Shown: positions 1-9,011, counted from the stretch's first letter. The stretch: DNA of 64,000 nucleotides from an uncultured virus (IMG/VR IMGVR_UViG_3300024289_000017) (IMGVR_UViG_3300024289_000017); one strand, 5' to 3'. Translations and numbers: made by a program. Notes: a model not told the origin generated them from the letters alone.

Positions 1-1882
1 TCTCAGGTGGTGGATCATTTGGATATCCTTTCTTTGCTGGTTTGTCTGGATAATCAATTTCTTTTTTCAATCTTTTTGATACCTTTTTAAATAGAGGATC
101 TTTATCTACTTGAGCAGTTTCTTGTTCACCGATATATTGGGAAAAAAGTTTCTTATCATATTCATCAGCAATTTTACAACTTAAATCGGATTGCAAGATA
201 CTTTCTTTTTTTCCATTTTCATCGACAAGAAATAGTAGAGTATCTCCCTTCAATTCTTCTTTACGAATAACTTTATATTCTTTTTTATTTTTACCATCAA
301 AATTTCCATACATGATTGTATTATTTTTATCACGACTAGTTTCAGTCATCCACTCCCAAGCATGATCAGCAGCACCAAGATGATCTAATATTTCATTTTT
401 CTTTTCTTGAGACGATCTTTCATTTTTAGCATAATCATACTTCCTCCAGATATTTGGTTCTGGTTTGAACTCTTTTGGAATATCAGGAGTCTTCATTAGA
501 TTTTCGCCAATAGATCTAGTTCTTGGTTTATGCTTAAACTTTATCTTTGGTTCTTCTGGAAGAACATAAGGTTTTTTAATGTTCTTGAGGATTGATCTTG
601 TTGATTCCGAAATAAATTTTCCTTCAGGATCATATGAATTTGCTAGACCATATGTTTTAGTCTTAGGGTTCCACTTTGCTCCAGTAACTGGATTTTTATT
701 AGGTGTCCAAGGTTCTATTGGTTGAACCCCACCACCACTACCACCACCACTAGGAAGTCCGGGAGTTCTTACCACAGTTCCTGGATTTGGTCTACGACCT
801 CCTCTCGGTTGAACATTTCCAGTTCTTGCGCCTCTATCAGCAACATCCTTTGGGAGGGCAGTTTGAGTACCTCCCCAATCAGGAAAAGTTATTCCAGAAC
901 CTCTAGGAATTCTAACTGGTATAAGTGTTCTATTATCTGGAGCGTTTTTGCCCATACTACCAGAAGATCTTCCACCTTTTGAATAATCTCCAGCAACATT
1001 TTTATCACCAACCCAAACCCTATCTGGAACTAATCCAGTCTTTGTTGTTTTAAATCCATCATTTTTAATCTTGCCAGCAGCATCTTTACTTGTACCATGC
1101 CACTTTGTATCTATTCGAATACCTTTATTGGTTTTTGGTTTTGTTGAATCTTTTTTTGGAGGTTCTTTATCTGGATAGGGTCCATAAAGTTCATCTTCTT
1201 TTTTCTTTTTCTTTTTATCTTTATCCTTAGCAGATCCAGGAACAAGATTAGGATCAAAACCACCCAGTCCAGGAGGAATTCTGTTTAGAATTTCTCTCGC
1301 CAATTCTTTAGCTGCATCTATCATGTCTCCAAGATACCTTCCCCATTGATCTGCAGGATTTGAAGGTGGTCCAGGATAAAAAGCTCTGTATTGTTGCGTA
1401 TTTCCATTTAAATATTGATCTCTATACCACTGTGCCTGAGCAAGTGTTAATTGACCATAACTATTAAGACTAGACCCATTCCAATTACCTATTCTACCGG
1501 TAATGGATCCAAGATTAACCATTCGCCTATCAGACTGTCTTACATATCCAATAGTCGTAAAATTTCCCCACGCATACCACATACTCATCATTGGACCTAA
1601 GATATAGGAAGTATCGCCTGGAGGTTCAATAGTTAAGATACTTCCATCCTCAGCAAACAACCCAGAAGTGTCTCTACCATTTTTAGTTGGATCGTCTTGA
1701 GTTAAATCTAAGGGAGCATTGATATTTTGCCCTACTATCTCATTTCTTTCAGGCTCTACAACATATATCCCTGCAGTATTATTCGTAGGAATTTCACTAA
1801 GCAACTGAAGTTTTTCATCAATCTGAGTTGATTTCAGATGACGAATTGCTTTCTTAAAAGTATTTTTGCTCCTCTTACTCAT
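1..1882 (-). CDS. Large (>620 aa, 3'-truncated by window edge) putative virion internal protein with central ADP-ribosyltransferase-like domain
   Basis: Manual translation from ATG at 1882 (MSKRSKNTFKKAIRHLKSTQIDEKLQLLSE...) stays open to base 1. Contains WHGTSKDAAGKIKNDGF...RVWVGDKNVAGDYS (HGT-type ART motif) and NSYDPEGKFISE. Absent from the ORF track because it has no stop in the window. Confidence 0.8.
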   Translation of the reverse strand, partial: MSKRSKNTFKKAIRHLKSTQIDEKLQLLSEIPTNNTAGIYVVEPERNEIVGQNINAPLDLTQDDPTKNGRDTSGLFAEDGSILTIEPPGDTSYILGPMMSMWYAWGNFTTIGYVRQSDRRMVNLGSITGRIGNWNGSSLNSYGQLTLAQAQWYRDQYLNGNTQQYRAFYPGPPSNPADQWGRYLGDMIDAAKELAREILNRIPPGLGGFDPNLVPGSAKDKDKKKKKKEDELYGPYPDKEPPKKDSTKPKTNKGIRIDTKWHGTSKDAAGKIKNDGFKTTKTGLVPDRVWVGDKNVAGDYSKGGRSSGSMGKNAPDNRTLIPVRIPRGSGITFPDWGGTQTALPKDVADRGARTGNVQPRGGRRPNPGTVVRTPGLPSGGGSGGGVQPIEPWTPNKNPVTGAKWNPKTKTYGLANSYDPEGKFISESTRSILKNIKKPYVLPEEPKIKFKHKPRTRSIGENLMKTPDIPKEFKPEPNIWRKYDYAKNERSSQEKKNEILDHLGAADHAWEWMTETSRDKNNTIMYGNFDGKNKKEYKVIRKEELKGDTLLFLVDENGKKESILQSDLSCKIADEYDKKLFSQYIGEQETAQVDKDPLFKKVSKRLKKEIDYPDKPAKKGYPNDPPPE

Positions 1883-1888
1883 TAACTA

Positions 1889-2431
1889 TTATTCCTCTAT
1901 TGGAGTATTTATTATTATACTTGCATCAGAATATTCTACACAACCCTCTGGCCATCCAACAACAGTTATTCTATTATGAGTTGCATTTGAGTTTACAACT
2001 TCTATACCGTGCCAAACTGCAGGATTAATCCAAACAAATCTATTTGGTTTTGGTTCTATTTTTTCTACACTACAATTTTTAAATTTCAAGTACCCATCCC
2101 AAGAAGAGTTCCAAGATGGATGTAAGTAATAAACAAATCCACCAAACTCACTATGATAACCACCATTATCAGAGGAAGATTCTCTATCAATTCCAGAAGG
2201 AAGAGAATTTATATAAGACCACATATCAATAGTATGTTCCCAATGATCCTGCCAAATATTAATGGATTTCAATTTTTCCTTTATCCAGGAAATTGTTTGA
2301 AAATATATTTCACTTCTACCCTCAACAAACTCCCCAGTGTGAAGATAGTCATTGATATTATTTTGAATGATGTTCCATTTTTGATTATCTAAAAAATTAT
2401 CAATAACTACTACGGCAGTTCTTGTTTTCAT
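1889..2431 (-). CDS. 2OG-Fe(II) oxygenase superfamily protein
   Basis: VVIDNFL N-terminus, YHSE, YYLHPSWNSSWDGYL, IEPKPNRFV, WHGI...RITV: prolyl-hydroxylase-like DSBH motifs. Confidence 0.8.
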   Translation of the reverse strand: MKTRTAVVVIDNFLDNQKWNIIQNNINDYLHTGEFVEGRSEIYFQTISWIKEKLKSINIWQDHWEHTIDMWSYINSLPSGIDRESSSDNGGYHSEFGGFVYYLHPSWNSSWDGYLKFKNCSVEKIEPKPNRFVWINPAVWHGIEVVNSNATHNRITVVGWPEGCVEYSDASIIINTPIEE

Positions 2432-2449
2432 ATATTATTACTTTTTAGA

Positions 2450-2477
2450 TATTTATTTTACATCATCTTCCTAAATA
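2450..2477. promoter_or_regulatory. Divergent T4-type late promoters (ATAAATA on minus, CTAAATA on plus)
   Basis: tatttat at ~2450-2456 and ctaaata at 2471-2477 between divergent genes. Confidence 0.55.
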
Positions 2478-2507
2478 CTTCCAGTGTTTATCTACAATAA
2501 TAAGAAA

Positions 2508-2972
2508 ATGAAAAGACTTCTATTAGCCTTTTCGTTATTCTTCGCAATCCCAGTTAATGCTGCTGAAATTACATCTAAAATCACTGATTCCGTTCAATTG
2601 AAAGTTGATGGTGCTGCTGTTCAATCAACCCGAATTGGTGCTTCCTATTCAGCGTCAGGAACCAATATCCAAGCAACATCCTTTGGGGGTGTTGGTGGTG
2701 CTGGAACCTACGACATTAATACTCCAGGTCAAGCATTTAGTTTTTCAGAAAGTATCATTGATGCAGATACTCCCGTTCTTAACCAAACGGTTACTAACCA
2801 AGGAACAATTACATCACCAAATCTTTATGGAGATAGTGTAACTCAAGTTGGTGGTGAGAAAGGAACTCTTGCAGGTACTCTTTCCCCAACTGGTGTTCCT
2901 ACTGTTACTGCTGGTGGTGCTGGTACAAGTGCTACTGCTCAAAGATCCATCGAATTAAGCGTATTCAAATGA
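2508..2972 (+). CDS. Secreted Gly/Thr/Ser-rich hypothetical protein
   Basis: Signal peptide MKRLLLAFSLFFAIPVNA; first gene of an overlapping plus-strand operon. Confidence 0.75.
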   Translation: MKRLLLAFSLFFAIPVNAAEITSKITDSVQLKVDGAAVQSTRIGASYSASGTNIQATSFGGVGGAGTYDINTPGQAFSFSESIIDADTPVLNQTVTNQGTITSPNLYGDSVTQVGGEKGTLAGTLSPTGVPTVTAGGAGTSATAQRSIELSVFK

Positions 2973-3334
2973 GACATTTAACTCCCGCTTTGCTTTTAGC
3001 AACGGGAGTCATTTGTACTCCCGTTTATGCTGAGAGTGTTGTACCCAATTTTACTAGAGGTACAATTAATGCAACAACAGAATCTACAACAAAAATTGTA
3101 GAAGCAATCCGCCAAGTTGAATATACTACTGGCGAATCATATACTGTAACTGGAACTAATATTAACATTCCTGGCGTTCCTCAAAGGGGTGCTGGTTATT
3201 CTGTGATGACTCAAGGTGCTCCATTCCAGTTCAGTGAAACCTATCTCGGTCCTGGAGTGGCAAAAGAAACATGGATAGATCGCACCACAGAAACCCAATC
3301 AACCACTACATCAATCTCTGTCTTTACACAATAA
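2969..3334 (+). CDS. Secreted Thr-rich hypothetical protein
   Basis: Signal peptide MRHLTPALLLATGVICTPVYA; ATGA overlap with the previous gene. Confidence 0.75.
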   Translation: MRHLTPALLLATGVICTPVYAESVVPNFTRGTINATTESTTKIVEAIRQVEYTTGESYTVTGTNINIPGVPQRGAGYSVMTQGAPFQFSETYLGPGVAKETWIDRTTETQSTTTSISVFTQ

Positions 3335-3855
3335 TATCAACAGGGACTGCATTTGCTCAAAGTACTCCTGCACCTAGTAATACAAACATTGCTGGACCAA
3401 GTGCAAGTGCTACAGGGAATGTAACTAACCAAGCGGTTCAAGTTCTTCAAGGACCTTATGCACTCAATACTTATGGTGGTGGAGTAAGTTGTCAGGGGGC
3501 AACTTTTTCAGTATCTCCATTTGCCATGAGTAGTAACAACAATAGCGATGACCCAGAATCCTTTGCATCACGCAATGGAAACTGGGGTATTTCTGCCGGT
3601 CTCAATATTCCATTAGATAATAATTTAATGAACTTGTGTAAGAAAAGAGCAGAAACTGAAATTGCTAGACAACAAGCAGAAACCGACAAAGCAAGATTAG
3701 ATTTTGAACTTGTAAGATTATTGAAATGTGGTGAAGCATATAAGAATGGAGTGATGTTCCATCCAGATAGTCCTTACTTCAAAGTTTGTGCAGATGTTGT
3801 TGTGAAGTACCCAAAAGTTGAGGATGTAGTCAATGGAACCAATACAACTAATTGA
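3271..3855 (+). CDS. Secreted hypothetical protein with Cys-containing C-terminal helical region
   Basis: Hydrophobic leader ending TAFA|Q, beta-rich middle, coiled coil with Cys residues (LCKK...LLKCG...KVCADV). Confidence 0.7.
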   Translation: MDRSHHRNPINHYINLCLYTIISTGTAFAQSTPAPSNTNIAGPSASATGNVTNQAVQVLQGPYALNTYGGGVSCQGATFSVSPFAMSSNNNSDDPESFASRNGNWGISAGLNIPLDNNLMNLCKKRAETEIARQQAETDKARLDFELVRLLKCGEAYKNGVMFHPDSPYFKVCADVVVKYPKVEDVVNGTNTTN

Positions 3856-4717
3856 TAATCCAAATCTAAGACCAATAATCGGAAATAATCCGATTAACAT
3901 ACCAAATGCAAACATCAATAGAATATCTGGTCCGTCTGTAATTTCAACTATAGAGAGACCCAATGTTCGTGCTGTAGAACAACCTGTAGTGCGTGGTCTT
4001 GAAGTTCCTGTAATTGATGTTCCAAATACTGCGATTAAATATCCAGTTATTAATGTTCCAACTCAAGCAGAGTTTGATGCTGCTGTAAAAGCAGAGAGAG
4101 AAAAACAAGCAGCAGAAGAGCAACAAAAAACAAGGGGACTACCTGACACTACCCCCCCTCCTCAACTGCCTCAGGTTACTCAAACCCCCCTCACTCAAAC
4201 TCCTGTACCTACTCCAGTTGCAGAAGTTCCAGCAGATAAACCTCAACCAACCTTTACTGTCGGTGGAATCGATATTAATTTACCTGACCCTTCTCTTGTT
4301 GCTACGGCTGGTGCTGTCGCAGTAGTCACAACTGCTGCTACAATGGCATCCACAGCAGTTTTAAATGTATTGAAGAATGCTGCTGAACCATTTATCAAAG
4401 AAGCAACAAAGAATAAGTTTAAAATTAAAATCAAACAAGTTAAACCTGTTCTCCATTATGTGATGGCAGAAGCAGGTCATATTGATATTTTTGAATACTC
4501 AGCAGAAGGAACAAGATTAGTTGCTCAAGTTGATAATGTTGAACAGTACATTAGAGACCAAATAGAGCAAAACACACTTTACGAAATTGAAAATAAAGTA
4601 ATCATTGATGAACCAATAAAAGATAAGTTCACAAAAGAAGGACAAGAAAGATTCAAACCTCTCTATGCCCCTCCTAAAAAGATTGCTAAAAAATTATCTG
4701 CTCGCTTGTCTTTTTGA
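3833..4717 (+). CDS. Pro-rich membrane-anchored hypothetical protein
   Basis: 294 aa; Pro/Thr linker then hydrophobic ATAGAVAVVTTAATMASTAVL segment. Confidence 0.7.
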   Translation: MEPIQLIDNPNLRPIIGNNPINIPNANINRISGPSVISTIERPNVRAVEQPVVRGLEVPVIDVPNTAIKYPVINVPTQAEFDAAVKAEREKQAAEEQQKTRGLPDTTPPPQLPQVTQTPLTQTPVPTPVAEVPADKPQPTFTVGGIDINLPDPSLVATAGAVAVVTTAATMASTAVLNVLKNAAEPFIKEATKNKFKIKIKQVKPVLHYVMAEAGHIDIFEYSAEGTRLVAQVDNVEQYIRDQIEQNTLYEIENKVIIDEPIKDKFTKEGQERFKPLYAPPKKIAKKLSARLSF

Positions 4718-5134
4718 TTCCAATAGAGAAAAATCTTTCTTTTTAGTTCCACCATCATATTCCCAAGCATATCCTTCATCAATCATCATTTGATTAACTG
4801 ATTTCTTTTTATTGACTGCGGATACTTCAGCATCTCCAATAAACAAATGTCCCAGAATTCTTCCGTACTTTTCGGTAGAATCTGGGAGTTCTGTTTTAAC
4901 AATAATATCAGTTTGTCCATCTAACTTTTTCTTGAGCCATTCTTTAACTTCAAGACCAAGTGCTTTTTCTTTTGCATCAGTTGTTCTGCTCTCTGGGGTA
5001 TCGACACCAGCAAGACGAATTCTTTTTTCTAAACTTATATCAAACCCTAAATCTATTGACGCATCTATTGTATCACCATCTACAACTTTTAAAACTGATT
5101 TAATCCTATAAATGTATGGGTCTTTATCTGCCAT
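4694..5134 (-). CDS. Thermonuclease (SNase-like) nuclease
   Basis: KVVDGDTID, RIRLAGVDTPE, EKYGRILG, NQMMIDEGYAWEY motifs. Confidence 0.9.
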   Translation of the reverse strand: MADKDPYIYRIKSVLKVVDGDTIDASIDLGFDISLEKRIRLAGVDTPESRTTDAKEKALGLEVKEWLKKKLDGQTDIIVKTELPDSTEKYGRILGHLFIGDAEVSAVNKKKSVNQMMIDEGYAWEYDGGTKKKDFSLLESKRQASR

Positions 5135-5138
5135 TTAT

Positions 5139-5729
5139 TTAATTTGATTTACTCTTACTATATATTCTTCCCTGAACCCATCCACATTCAGGAACTTCAT
5201 TACGACCAAAAAGTCTTTCAACTTCACCATCATTCCACCACTTTCTCCCAGTCATATAATTTTTTCTTTTGTCCTTGAATTCTTGGGAACGAACTGCTCC
5301 TTTCTTATTTTGTGGTAGTTTTTCTATATGTTCCTTTGTTTTTTTCTTACCAGATAAAGCATTACTTATGTTTTCTCTATGAGATTTTGAAGCAGTCTTA
5401 CCATAAAAAGGGTGATTTATACCACTCATCCTCAAACTATGAGATTTCTTTTGTTCTTCACTAATAATCTTACCAGAAGTTCCCTCACCACCATCAGTAA
5501 GGTTTCTCAAAATCCCAGTCCCATTATCTTTTCTACCATAAACAGCAATCATATAAATTTCGTGTTTGATTGCCTCTTGTTCTGTTAGATTTCTTTTTAG
5601 ATATATTATTCTATCTTTACTTGGTAAAGGTACAATTCTTTTTTTAACATACAATCTAAACCCTTTACCTTTACCGATGTAATAAGGTGTTCCGTCTTCC
5701 CGCAAGTATGCGTAAGTATAATATTCCAT
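5139..5729 (-). CDS. GIY-YIG-type homing endonuclease with NUMOD3-like DNA-binding repeats
   Basis: YTYAYLREDGTPYYIGKG, EQEAIKHE, LRNLTDGGEG, HPFYGK...SHRENIS, GRKWWNDG. Confidence 0.85.
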   Translation of the reverse strand: MEYYTYAYLREDGTPYYIGKGKGFRLYVKKRIVPLPSKDRIIYLKRNLTEQEAIKHEIYMIAVYGRKDNGTGILRNLTDGGEGTSGKIISEEQKKSHSLRMSGINHPFYGKTASKSHRENISNALSGKKKTKEHIEKLPQNKKGAVRSQEFKDKRKNYMTGRKWWNDGEVERLFGRNEVPECGWVQGRIYSKSKSN

Positions 5730-5730
5730 C

Positions 5731-5815
5731 TGCTTTGTTTGTGGTTATAGTTATTTATACAAGAAAAGGAGCATTTCTGCTCCCAATCCTTTGCTTGAAT
5801 AACCACAAACAAGCA
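5731..5815 (-). promoter_or_regulatory. Translation-start-occluding hairpin with a late promoter (TATAAATA) between its arms
   Basis: Arms tgctttgtttgtggttat (5731-5748) and ataaccacaaacaagca (5799-5815); tatttata at 5752-5759; inner hairpin ggagca-tttc-tgctcc. Confidence 0.75.
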
Positions 5816-5825
5816 CTAATATTTA

Positions 5826-6368
5826 TCATCCAAGAATAGAATCTCTCCACTCTTCACTCATATTCACCATAATTGCTTCTGCTGCTTCTGGTGTTTCAGC
5901 ATATCCTTCATCAAGTAAGTGTGAGAGGATGATGTCGTAGAGGTCATATTGGTCAGAAAGTCCCTGCCTCTCAGCAGCATTTGACATTCTTCTTCTCATA
6001 TCCTCTCTTTTTCTTTTTTTAATTTCTTCTGGACTTATCTTAGATGCTTTTTTTTCTTGTTGAGATTGATAATATTTCCCGTGAAAACCCGAACCTCCAA
6101 TACTTCTTGCAGTGGGTTTTCCTTTACCTCTCCTTTGTTTATGTGCTTGCTGCCTATTTTGATTTACACTCGTATCACCGGATCTAACAATCATATCCAA
6201 TCGTCTTCTGTTTTTTGGACTTAATCTATCAATATGTCTTTTGTCACGAACATTCATTTTCTTCCAATCATCCATAGTATCATCAACTTTTGCTTCATCA
6301 AGTTGCTGTTGATTTTCAACAACTTCCATATATGCTTCTTGAAGACTACGAAAATCTTGTGCGTCCAT
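5826..6368 (-). CDS. Putative internal head protein (acidic N- and C-terminal modules, basic core)
   Basis: MDAQDFRSLQEAYMEVVE...LDE N-terminus, Lys/Arg-rich middle, DLYDIILSHLLDEGYAETPEAAEAIMVNMSEEW C-terminus; late-promoter-like site upstream. Confidence 0.65.
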   Translation of the reverse strand: MDAQDFRSLQEAYMEVVENQQQLDEAKVDDTMDDWKKMNVRDKRHIDRLSPKNRRRLDMIVRSGDTSVNQNRQQAHKQRRGKGKPTARSIGGSGFHGKYYQSQQEKKASKISPEEIKKRKREDMRRRMSNAAERQGLSDQYDLYDIILSHLLDEGYAETPEAAEAIMVNMSEEWRDSILG

Positions 6369-6394
6369 TTTTATGAATACTTTTTAGGTATTTA

Positions 6395-6607
6395 TTAGAA
6401 TGGCAACTTGAACTTCTCAGTATTTAGTTTAGGAATAGGTAGTTTCTCAAATGCTTTATTAACTTGATTCTCTACGACTTTACCAACAAACTCTTCTGGA
6501 TTGTTGAGGATTGCTTCCGCTTTCTTATAAGTCACATAAGCACCGTAACAAAGTGCTCCACTAATTGCCAGACTCGTTGCTGACAGAATGATTGCTAGAT
6601 TTTTCAT
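6395..6607 (-). CDS. Hypothetical membrane protein
   Basis: 70 aa with N-terminal TM helix. Confidence 0.65.
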   Translation of the reverse strand: MKNLAIILSATSLAISGALCYGAYVTYKKAEAILNNPEEFVGKVVENQVNKAFEKLPIPKLNTEKFKLPF

Positions 6608-6710
6608 CTTTCATTTCCTCGTGTGCTAATCGTAGTATGTAGTAAATTACATATGCAGTAAAGATAAGACCGCATCCCAATATTGTAACAACTCCCCACG
6701 GAAAATCCAT
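6561..6710 (-). CDS. Small membrane protein (49 aa)
   Basis: Manual translation MDFPWGVVTILGCGLIFTAYVIYYILRLAHEEMK...; fills a gap in the operon. Confidence 0.55.
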   Translation of the reverse strand: MDFPWGVVTILGCGLIFTAYVIYYILRLAHEEMKDEKSSNHSVSNESGN

Positions 6711-7456
6711 CAATACTTACCCTCAGTGCAATACTCAACTTTCTTATTTGGATAATAAGGATACTTACCTTCTTGTGGTTTCATCCATCCACATCCAATT
6801 AACCAATCCATCGTCATTGGGGTAGGACGAATTTGTTCCCACAGAGGACCATTCGCACACATTTCTAACTTTTCTGCAGTCTGATTTGATTGCTCTTCTG
6901 CCCAGTTAGCATCTGCTTCCCAGGGAACAGCACGACTTTGCATCATTGATTCATAAGTTAATCTAGTTTGCTTCATTACCCATGCAGGTATTTCAGAATC
7001 CTGATGTACCTGAGCCATAAAAGAAGTTTGTAGTCCACCACCCATACAATCTTGTACAGCGTGCCACCCTTCATGTCTCATTGTTCCCAGAAACTCTCTA
7101 GGATCTTTGAGAAGTTGTTCATTCACGAAGAAACGATTATAGTTTGGCTTATATAATCCTACTGTTCTTGGAGTAAAGTATCTTTCCGGTGCAACATAAA
7201 CAGGAACATTTACACCATCAAGAGCAGTAATAATTCTTTTTAGTTCTTCTCTGAACGGGTCAAAATCTGGATTCTTTAGTAGTTCAGAATCCACTGTGAG
7301 TTTCTCTATACCCTCAGTGCATTCTAGGAGAATCATGCAACCCATTGCCTCTGCACTATAAGGTCTTACTGTTGGTTGCTTTGGTTCCAGTGATGATGCA
7401 ATAGCAGGAAATGCTAAGGATAAAACTAAACCAACTGAGGTGAACAACTTTTTCAT
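6710..7456 (-). CDS. Secreted HExxH (zincin-like) protein
   Basis: Signal peptide MKKLFTSVGLVLSLAFPAIA; motif MRHEGWHAVQDC and WEADA. Confidence 0.7.
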   Translation of the reverse strand: MKKLFTSVGLVLSLAFPAIASSLEPKQPTVRPYSAEAMGCMILLECTEGIEKLTVDSELLKNPDFDPFREELKRIITALDGVNVPVYVAPERYFTPRTVGLYKPNYNRFFVNEQLLKDPREFLGTMRHEGWHAVQDCMGGGLQTSFMAQVHQDSEIPAWVMKQTRLTYESMMQSRAVPWEADANWAEEQSNQTAEKLEMCANGPLWEQIRPTPMTMDWLIGCGWMKPQEGKYPYYPNKKVEYCTEGKY

Positions 7457-7653
7457 TCGTTCCACCATCCTTCTTCTTTGTGTATCCAGACTTTCAAATC
7501 TTTTACATACTTTCTCAAGATCTGGGCCTGCTCTTCATGCCAAAAATCACCCGTCTCCATGTGAAGACGGGTGTGATTATCTATAGCTTTGAGTATTTGG
7601 TGGATGGGAGCATTCCAACACTCTCGTTTTGGAGTGTTCCATTCTCTTGGCAT
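7453..7653 (-). CDS. Hypothetical protein
   Basis: 66-aa ORF, start/stop overlaps with neighbours. Confidence 0.6.
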   Translation of the reverse strand: MPREWNTPKRECWNAPIHQILKAIDNHTRLHMETGDFWHEEQAQILRKYVKDLKVWIHKEEGWWNE

Positions 7654-7756
7654 TGGTATGTAAATGTGTAAATTTGATTATCACTTAAAAAATCAGTTTG
7701 ACATAAGTTAGGTCCAACTAACACATGACCAACAATAGTCAAAGTCATGAATTCAA

Positions 7757-7879
7757 TCATTTTTTCTTTCCACCATTCTTTGCTTTTTTAGCGTTAGCAT
7801 TACCAGAGTTTTGCTTTTTGTTGTTAGAAGATCCAGCACCGCCAGAACCTTTTTTACCTTTATTTGCAGACTTAGACAT
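7757..7879 (-). CDS. Small Lys/Gly/Asn-rich basic protein (40 aa)
   Basis: MSKSANKGKKGSGGAGSSNNKKQNSGNANAKKAKNGGKKK; start coupled to the upstream stop. Confidence 0.55.
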   Translation of the reverse strand: MSKSANKGKKGSGGAGSSNNKKQNSGNANAKKAKNGGKKK

Positions 7880-8223
7880 TATGCTCCACCTGTGCGAGGT
7901 TGTACTTGACCTTCCAGAACTTCTACTCTTTCTTCAAGAGTTGGTTCCGATGCGGAAACTTCGGGAGTAGGTAGTTCAGGAAGAGATTCTACAACCTCTT
8001 CTCTTTTTGTCTCATCCTTTTTTTCATCATCATCACCACCCTTCTTCATTGTGTTAATACCAAAGGTTGCAGCAGATGCGGTGAAAACAGTAGCAATGAA
8101 AGTGGGGTCCATCTTAGATAGAGCACCAGCATAACTAGCAGTAAGGAGAGCAGCAGACCAACCCAAAATCGCAATGCGTATAACAGTACTCATACACTTT
8201 TCCTTTTTAGTTTGTGTTTCCAT
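7879..8223 (-). CDS. Two-TM membrane protein with acidic tail (holin candidate)
   Basis: Two hydrophobic helices, then charged C-terminus; directly downstream of the lysozyme. Confidence 0.55.
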   Translation of the reverse strand: METQTKKEKCMSTVIRIAILGWSAALLTASYAGALSKMDPTFIATVFTASAATFGINTMKKGGDDDEKKDETKREEVVESLPELPTPEVSASEPTLEERVEVLEGQVQPRTGGA

Positions 8224-8241
8224 TTGTTCCTTTGTGTGAGG

Positions 8242-8913
8242 TTAACCTTTTTTCCAAGCTTCACCTTCTGCTTTTCTTCTACGAGCAAGTCCTGCTTCTA
8301 CATTTGAACCAGGATTACGATAGAGGAATAACGCATCAGGAACCAAGTCCCATTCTTTATTCTTCAAGCGTTTAGTAATAGTATTAAAGTTATCACCACC
8401 GTAAAAACCGGCACCAAGATTATAAGCAAAGCTGAGCAGAGCGCCTCTTTTTCCATCTGACATTTCACTCCAATAAGGGATTTTTCTTAATGCAGGAAGA
8501 AACTCTTTCTTACACTGCTCAATTAAAAGTTCATCTGCTTCCGCCTGAGTGAGTGTATCTCCCATATGGAACGCTGAACCATCTTTCTTACGGGTTGAAC
8601 CCCAACCAATCGTGATTGGAAGTCCTCCAGTAAGAGGATCGGGATATGCTTTTAGATGACATCCCTCAAACTCTTTGATTAATTTGAGTCCCATCATTGG
8701 AACATCATCACCACCAACTACAGGTGCTGCAGCAGCGGGAGTGGATGCTGGTGCAGCACTAGTCTTTTTTCCTCTGTAAATCTCCGCCCAATCAATATTA
8801 TCTTCTAGATATTTGACTGGGAGATTATCTTCCAACCACTGAACTGCTTTAACATGATTAGGATTCTTCTCGTCATAGAATTTGAAGAAGTTATGAAGAT
8901 CGATTCTTGCCAT
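8242..8913 (-). CDS. GH24 lysozyme/endolysin with extra N-terminal module
   Basis: LIKEFEGCHLKAYPDPLTGGLPITIGWGST, ALLSFAYNLG, GLARRRKAE. Confidence 0.9.
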   Translation of the reverse strand: MARIDLHNFFKFYDEKNPNHVKAVQWLEDNLPVKYLEDNIDWAEIYRGKKTSAAPASTPAAAAPVVGGDDVPMMGLKLIKEFEGCHLKAYPDPLTGGLPITIGWGSTRKKDGSAFHMGDTLTQAEADELLIEQCKKEFLPALRKIPYWSEMSDGKRGALLSFAYNLGAGFYGGDNFNTITKRLKNKEWDLVPDALFLYRNPGSNVEAGLARRRKAEGEAWKKG

Positions 8914-9011
8914 TGTTGTCTCCGAAATACCGTTGATAAAGTTCGTTTGCTTCTAAATGCTTTCCGTTATTTGTAAGATCTTTAATCACCTTAAGCATCT
9001 TTCTTTTAAAA

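Noticed and set aside
722..982. Plus-strand 86-aa Thr/Ser-rich ORF
   Set aside because: Antisense shadow of the Gly-rich linker in the long minus-strand ORF
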